DNA of 64,000 nucleotides. Source: the human T2T-CHM13v2.0 reference genome, Homo sapiens. The notes under the pieces were generated by a model, which ran no database searches, was not told where the DNA came from, and was given only the letters and a program-made list of their open reading frames with translations. Location of the stretch: NCBI RefSeq assembly GCF_009914755.1, contig NC_060927.1; one strand, given 5' to 3'. The stretch's first letter is position 1; each line of letters opens with the position of its first letter. Position numbers and translations under genes: made by a program. Below are positions 49,701-64,000 of this stretch, in pieces.

Positions 49701-52700
49701 CGGTTTTTATTTGCAGAATATAGCAAAACAACTGGAAAATTATTTCCCTGAAATAAAGCAATTTGAAACGGAAAATTAAATTAAATTTCAGACTCAAAAT
49801 ACTTCTCAATGATTATTATAGTGCTTCTTCAAGTAAATATACTGTGAAAAAAAAATGAGTTCTAGTTTAAAATGTTCTAAGAAATGCAGTACTACAGTAA
49901 TGCCTACTTTTAAAGTTTCCCGGCCTTTTTTTTTTTTTTTAAACAGCCCTTTAAAAACCCAAATTAATCAAATGAAAGAAGCGGCAAAAGATCTAACCTA
50001 GCTGGCACTCTGCAAGTGTCTCTCCTCTGTGGAAACGAAATCCTGCCCTGAGCACAATTCTTGACATAACTGCCTTCTGCCTCTTGAGATAAAAATGACC
50101 TGACCGATGGCTGGCACCCTCAGCCAGAGCTAAGAAGATGGATTCCTACCTTGTTAAGTACCACATTTGCATGTAGACCCAAAACGTTTAAGAGCCACTT
50201 AAATATTCAAGACAAATGAAATATGTGAGAATAAGGTTTTAAAAAACCCTTTAGAAGATGTTCAAGAGATATTGCCTCGCCTAACGTGATGTTTCCAATC
50301 TTCAAACGTGAGTAGGTCCCAAGAGGAAAAGCACACCTCACTCAGATTGATCAAAAGTTTAAGGGTGTACCAGCATGTTTTTATAGAACAATGTGCTCAC
50401 TTTGAGAAATGAGAAACATGAATTGCAAAAGAATATCTCATATCCTCCATGTTTCAATCTGAAGCAGCACACAAGGCTACTTATTTTCTCCATTAATGCC
50501 CAGATAGAAATTAAATAACCTTCTGAACCAAAGTGGGGAAATCCAAAACTGTTGAGATGTTTGTCATATTATGATAGAACAAGGTAACTCTGGTAGGCAT
50601 TTGGAATTTCACAGTAAGAGAGTGATGACTATACGTAAATGGTAAGTCAATAAGTTATGCTGGCTGAGTATCACTTATCTAAAAACTGCTTATAACCTGG
50701 TAGAAAAGTCTGCCATTATGTAGATTTAAAGAAATGTGTTGAAAACAGGAATGCAACACCTGAAAGTCTGCTTGCATAACTACCATTTTCAAAGGCCTTC
50801 CTTCCCAAGCTCACCCTAAATGCTCAGCAAGAGTCACATTCTAAAAACTATGCTGGTGATGTTAAAACAACCGAAAAAAACCTCTCCACTGTATCAAAAT
50901 TGCATCAAGTTCTCCATGAACAAAATTTTTGATCAGGCTCCAAAACAACTCAAGAAATAAATGCCTACTCTCACCAAAAGAGAAAAATACCAATGCCTAT
51001 TTAGGGTGAGCACAGTTCCATTTTTAACGTATCACCTGAATGAAGCCTTTTTGTAATTATGTAATGCACAACACAACACACACAATCTTAAGAGTCAATA
51101 ATGGCAGAACTTAAATATTTACTTCAAAGAAGTCTTAAATTCTTGAAAACTTTGGCAGCAAAGAAAGCTGTCAAACGGGAAAACTACTATTTCAAGCAAA
51201 ACTTAATAACCAAAGTATACAGGAAACCACATTAAATATAATTTATATTCCTTATCATAAAAACACCAATATATTCAAAATAAATGAAGGATGTTAAGGG
51301 TGGATAGTTATTTCTTCCCTTTCTTTATGAGAACAGTCTTGGGATAACATTAAATAAAAGAAAAAATAATTTAAATGGATAACATATTCTATATTGAAAC
51401 AAAGACTGCAGAGCTATAGGGCCAGTATAAGAGTCAAAATGGAAATTAAGAATATTTTCATTTTCCAAGGGTATTAATTTTAGATTTTCACTGGTGCTAT
51501 ATCAGGATGTGCATTGTGACAACGATGGCAGAAAATTTAAAATGTAAAAATGAAAAAGTTGTAACAAAGAGTCAATAACTAATATAACTTCCAAAAATCA
51601 AAACTGCCCAACGCATAACTCAAACCATCATTCTTCAGAAAAGTGTGTGTGTGTATATATACATAAAAGCACTATTTATTGTACCATGCTGTATTATTTT
51701 AAGACAGAGTATTAAAAAAAAACATTCATGGTATAAGGATAAAGTCTGTAGTTTATTTAGATTTTGAAATGCAACAAAAATTTTCCGATCACTCATCTAG
51801 CTGAAAAAGAAATGGTAGTTACTGGAATTAGTAAACACTTTTGGTTTGTAAAGTTGTAATGAGCAGTGTTCATTAAAAAGTAACTCAAGATAAAATATGC
51901 AATTAAAATGCCCATTTCTTTAGTTTCTCTGGATACTGTTTAATTATCCAATCTATCAAGAGTCTAGAAAGAAAAAGATTAAACCAGGTTTTACAGTTCC
52001 AAAGATATCCCAATTTCCTTTTATTGCCAAAAGTTAAAATTGTCAATTACGAGATGATTATGACACAACCATATCAAACCTAAAAATCTAATTTTTTTTT
52101 TACTTTGAGAAATCAAAAATACCAAATAGATTCTAAGTGCTCTATGTTAACTGAAGTGTATATGTAAAGTAAAATACAATTAAGCTTTAAAACGTGGAAT
52201 ATACATTTTGTGTAAGCATTATGTTCTTGGGAATGTAATCTACAGAATTTCTTTTACTAAAACTTCAAAACCTTGATACCTGCACATGAAAAATCATAAA
52301 AAATATCTAAGTACAACTGTACAAAGAAACTGACACCAATATGCATACTTCCATAGAGAAGTGACTGCTTCAACAGTTGTGTGTTTTGGTAAAAGTTCTG
52401 AAAGTATGCATATTTTTAAAGTAATTAGGCTTTTAAATAGTGGAGTCTTAGACTATCAGATTTTTATTACTTTTTTTCCTTCAAAAAAACACGTCAATAT
52501 AATGCAAAATGAAAATCAAGGGTATATGGCATATCATTCTTTTTAAAAGGTGGTTTCTTGGTTTTTTTCCCCCTATAGGACACACTAATTTATTTAAGCC
52601 ATAATCTCTTGACATTAAACTTTTAAGTTCACTCTGTCTGTAAAGTATACTCAGATTCCCTGCTGAAGTGCAATGACTATGCTGAAAAACTTAGAAACAG

Positions 52701-53059
52701 TATGAGTAAATTTCACACAATTACTAATCTCCTAAGAATGTACAATGTTATCAGTTAGGAAACAATTGTGCGAAAGTCTTTTTTTTTTCCTTTTTAACTT
52801 GGTGTGGGTGGAATAGCAAGTTTCTGATCTAAAACAAGTAATGCATTGCTTCTATAAAGGTGACAACATGTAAGGCAGTTCAAAGAATGCTGACTAACCA
52901 AACGAAATGCAGTTATTGGATTATCTTGCTATTCATATCAGCTTAACTTGTTATTACGCATTGCTCTTAAATCTGTACAGCACTCCATTTACACAGAGTA
53001 ACCCCACTCTTGATTAATCTGTTCTAAAGTGCCAGTATTATTTACACTTTTTTTTTTTT

Positions 53060-54667
<1,608 letters not shown>

Positions 54668-54914
54668 TCAGAGGATGGTAGTGGGTTGTTTGTGGTTTTG
54701 GTCAACCAAGAAAAGAAAAAGTGAAACAAAACAATTAATATAAAGATATATTAATGCAATAACATACATAATTCCAAACAAATTCACTGAGCCAATTTTC
54801 TATTATAAATCTAATCTGTAAGAGTTAGAAGGCCCCTTAAATAGCTCTAAGTTGTAATATTTTCTAATCTAATTTATAATTATTGTATAATTTAATTACA
54901 GTAGAAGAATTTCA

Positions 54915-55121
<207 letters not shown>

Positions 55122-55681
55122 CTAAAATAAATGGCTTTTGAAAGTTGTAACTTCCAATTTCATTTGTCAAATATATTTTGCTTTATAAAAATGATAAGGA
55201 TTAGCATATGCTATTGGAAAGAAAAGGATGAATACAGGCACAGTCCATTTTCCTGTCTTTTTGTTATGTGCGTATGTAATACCCTCTTTCCAAGGAGAAC
55301 AGCAGTGCCAGGAATTTATAGCAATATGAACAGACTAGCTGATGTTTCTAATCTTTTTTTCAATCATATAAAATATTGTATAACAGTAAAAAACAAAAAG
55401 TTACCCATGCACAATACAACACAATTCCTGGAGACAGTTTTTTAACTCAATTCCTTTTTTAAAACATTTGTGGTTAAATAAAATCTGAATCCTGAAAATA
55501 TCCTTTAAAATCTAATTTAATAAAATACAAAAAGAACTTAGAGTCTTAAGTTTGTTTATATTTATTCTTTTCCTCAACTCAAGCCAGCACTTCCCATATC
55601 ATTTAGGGAATGAATTAAACTGAGTATTGTTAATTGGACACATAACACATAACCCCCATTTTTGAAAATCCCCTAATGACT

Positions 55682-55734
55682 CCTAGAATCTTCTGATTCA
55701 TAGTCAGGTGTGTTATCCATTGTGCCACTGGCCC
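55682..55734 (-). pseudogene. 3'-truncated tRNA-Arg(ACG) retropseudogene in a ZNF148 intron
   Basis: Minus strand GGGCCAGTGGCACAATGGATAACACACCTGACTATGAATCAGAAGATTCTAGG matches the first 53 nt of human tRNA-Arg-ACG (GGGCCAGTGGCGCAATGGATAACGCGTCTGACTACGGATCAGAAGATTCTAGG), differing mostly by CpG transitions. The T-loop and 3' acceptor strand are missing. Confidence 0.88.
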
Positions 55735-56372
55735 CCGCAATGATTTCTAAGCTGTAAAGAACCACTACTATGAAGCTCTAAAATAGTTTTTACTGATAAA
55801 ACCACAGTCTAAGTAAACAGAAGGGTATGACAAGAAGTTACCTTGAATAATGCTTGTTGGGGAAACTACTGTTTCTCCCTTTCATACATTTAACAAAATT
55901 TTTACCAAATACTACTACTATATCCAAACCCCTTGTTGTAGGAGGTTAAAAGTATAAGACATACTACTTGTCTTCAAAGTTTATAACATAATTGGGAAAA
56001 CAAGATACACACATTTTAAAAAGACAACTAACAACACTATGTCTATTCTGATTTACTTTTACATCTTTATATTTCACTCTTTCTCTTGGTAACCCTTTCA
56101 GACAAACCGAAATACCTACCATCTCATGCTTTCCTACTTTTGCCCTGATTCACGCTGCTCCTTCGATTGGGAATGTCCACCTTTGGGTGTTCAAATACTA
56201 TATTCCCTTTGAGACCCAACCCATCTCCTTTGGGATACTCTGTCCTTTTCTCCCAGGTGAAAGGTATCTTTAAGTTTCCACAGAATTCTATCTGTACCTC
56301 TTCTATGGCACTCAGTACTTTCAACTCAATAATCATTGAGTTAAACTTTTTTTAAATTTCAAATTACTGAGT

Positions 56373-56826
56373 TGTTTACTGCTGCACTATTCACAATAGC
56401 AAAGACTTGGAACCAACCCAAATGTCCAACAACGATAGACTGGATTAAGAAAATGTGGCACATATACACCATGGAATACTATGCAGCCATAAAAAAGGAT
56501 GAGTTCATGTCCTTTGTAGGGACATGGATGAAGCTGGAAACCATCATTCTCAGCAAACTATCACAAGGACAAAAAACCAAACACTGCATGTTCTCACTCA
56601 TAGGTGGGAATTGAACAATGAGAACACCTGGACAGAGGAAGGGGAACATCATAAACTGGGGACTGTTGTGGGGTGGGGGGAGGGGGGAGGGATAGCATTA
56701 GGAGATATATCTAATGTAAATGACGAGTTAATGGGTGCAGCACACCAACATGGCACATGTATACATATGTAACAAACCTGCACATTGTGCACATGTATCC
56801 TAAAACTTAAAGTATTAAAAAAAAAA
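56373..56826 (+). mobile_element. L1PA 3' end (ORF2 C-terminus, 3'UTR, A tail), antisense to ZNF148
   Basis: ORF FTAALFTIAKTWNQPKCPTTIDWIKKMWHIYTMEYYAAIKKDEFMSFVGTWMKLETIILSKL; G-rich L1PA 3'UTR ending cctaaaacttaaagta. Confidence 0.95.
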
Positions 56827-58019
56827 GAAATAATTATATTTAATTATTTTGCATATCTCTATTCTTCTACTAGATTATATTTCTTTAGGTCAGAATCCAG
56901 GCCTAAATTATACTGATGTAGTTCAAAGTACCTTACACAATTAAAAAAAAATTTTTTTCTTGTACAGATGGGATCTCACTATGTTGCCCAAGGCCTGTCT
57001 TGAACTCCAGGCTCAAGCAATCCTCCTCCTGCCTTGCCCTCACAGAGTGTTGGGGTTACAGGCATGAGCCACTGCGCCTTGCCCCTTGTGATAATTTTAA
57101 GTGCCAAATGAAAGGCATAAATAGTGACCATTACAGTGGATTATTAAGGGGAAAATGTTACTATGAGCTAGTATGATTTGGAATGGTTTCTTAGAAGTGT
57201 TGAAATTTAAGCTGAGTAGCAGAGAGATTAAAGCCAAGGGGAAAAAAATGTTGGGGGTGGGGAGGGAAATAACAGTACTCTAAGTGTTTAGATACTATAA
57301 AATGTGCAGGAGAAATGGTGTCTAAGAAGAGAATTTAATTTGGCCACAAGTAAATTGTTTAAAACTTTCAGGAATGTAACTTCAGTAATTACTGCAGAGC
57401 TACCAAATTTTAGAGCTGAAGCGTTTCCCGTGGCTTTTGAGCTGTGCTCTTTGAAGCTCGAGAGGCCCACACGGACGGCTGCTGATGTGGCAACAGGCTC
57501 AAAGCTTGCCACTCAAAATTAGTACAGAATAGCTCACTTGTATACAATGGGGCTCCAAGTAAGGGTTCCAAAGATTCAGACTAGAAAGACAGCTTACTAC
57601 AATGAATCCAGACCAATTCACTCATTTTACAGAAAGGAAATATTGAAGGCCGAAAAGTTAAGGCACTTGGTCAAGGGGTAATGAATGCATTAACTAATGA
57701 AGCAATGGAAGCTGGGAGAGAAAGTCACTTATAAAGGAAGTTTGGAAGTGAAAGAAATGAGAAGATGGAGATGGGAAATAATAGTTAAGAGGCAATCCAT
57801 TCCAGAATAAGCACTGTTTAGGACAGGGAGACTGAATTGACTGAAGGCAGAGGAGCCAGTGAAGAGAAACTGATTATCAATACTGAATACCGCTGAAATG
57901 GTGCACAATCAAAAGAACAAAATCCAGAGGAACCAAGATGGGAAGGGAAGGAGATTACAGGCAATGTTGTTGGACAGGGGAAGAAAGAATACGTGCAAAT
58001 TTTGAAATAGAGCTGGTAA

Positions 58020-58346
<327 letters not shown>

Positions 58347-58437
58347 TCATTAACGTCAGAAGTTACAGTTATTTATCAAAAGTGATAATGAAAGAGAAAA
58401 ATCAGTAAGTTGATTACAATTCAATTAATTCTATATA

Positions 58438-60840
<2,403 letters not shown>

Positions 60841-60929
60841 CATGGTAATACAATTGATACTATGCAAAGTGAGAAGTTATTTTTTTCCCTCAAGGAGCTC
60901 AAGATTAATTAAAAAGAAATTAACTGGAG

Positions 60930-64000
<3,071 letters not shown>

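Larger units (their letters stand above)
46388..53059 (-). other. ZNF148: ZNF148 long 3'UTR (about 6.7 kb)
   Basis: AT-rich, Alu/L1-free stretch directly after the stop codon, in contrast to the repeat-rich flanks. Ends at an AATAAA with a GU-rich downstream element. The exact 3' end is inferred. Confidence 0.75.

Noticed and set aside
55682-55734. Functional tRNA with an unusual ATG anticodon
   Set aside because: Lacks the T-loop, B box and 3' acceptor strand; the anticodon change is explained by CpG deamination.

Overview
Human genomic DNA: primate Alu/L1 repeats, including an AluYb8, a human-specific subfamily. I recognise the locus from the encoded proteins as SLC12A8/ZNF148 (3q21, from recall). 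Both genes are on the minus strand, in tandem. The right part holds the last two coding exons of ZNF148 (54930-55048 and 53060-54658) and an approximately 6.7 kb 3'UTR ending near an AATAAA at 46409-46414. About 12 kb further on are the SLC12A8 CpG-island promoter, a probable non-coding exon 1 and coding exons 2-4 (32904-32999, 11966-12112, 8828-9019); the gene continues past position 1. The rest is mostly Alu, L1, MaLR/ERVL LTRs, DNA-transposon fossils, MIR, a MamSINE1 and a truncated tRNA-Arg(ACG) retropseudogene. I found no convincing new gene or new multi-gene system. The most testable leads are: (i) a phase-compatible, stop-free ZNF148 penultimate exon to SLC12A8 exon 2 read-through chimera, possibly helped by an atypical ZNF148 terminal acceptor; (ii) stop-free phase-0 SLC12A8 exons that could form endless-ORF circles; (iii) a compact regulatory cluster at the ZNF148 stop codon; (iv) several retrotransposition and DNA-repair scars. 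Exon numbering and repeat subfamily names are from memory and need database confirmation.
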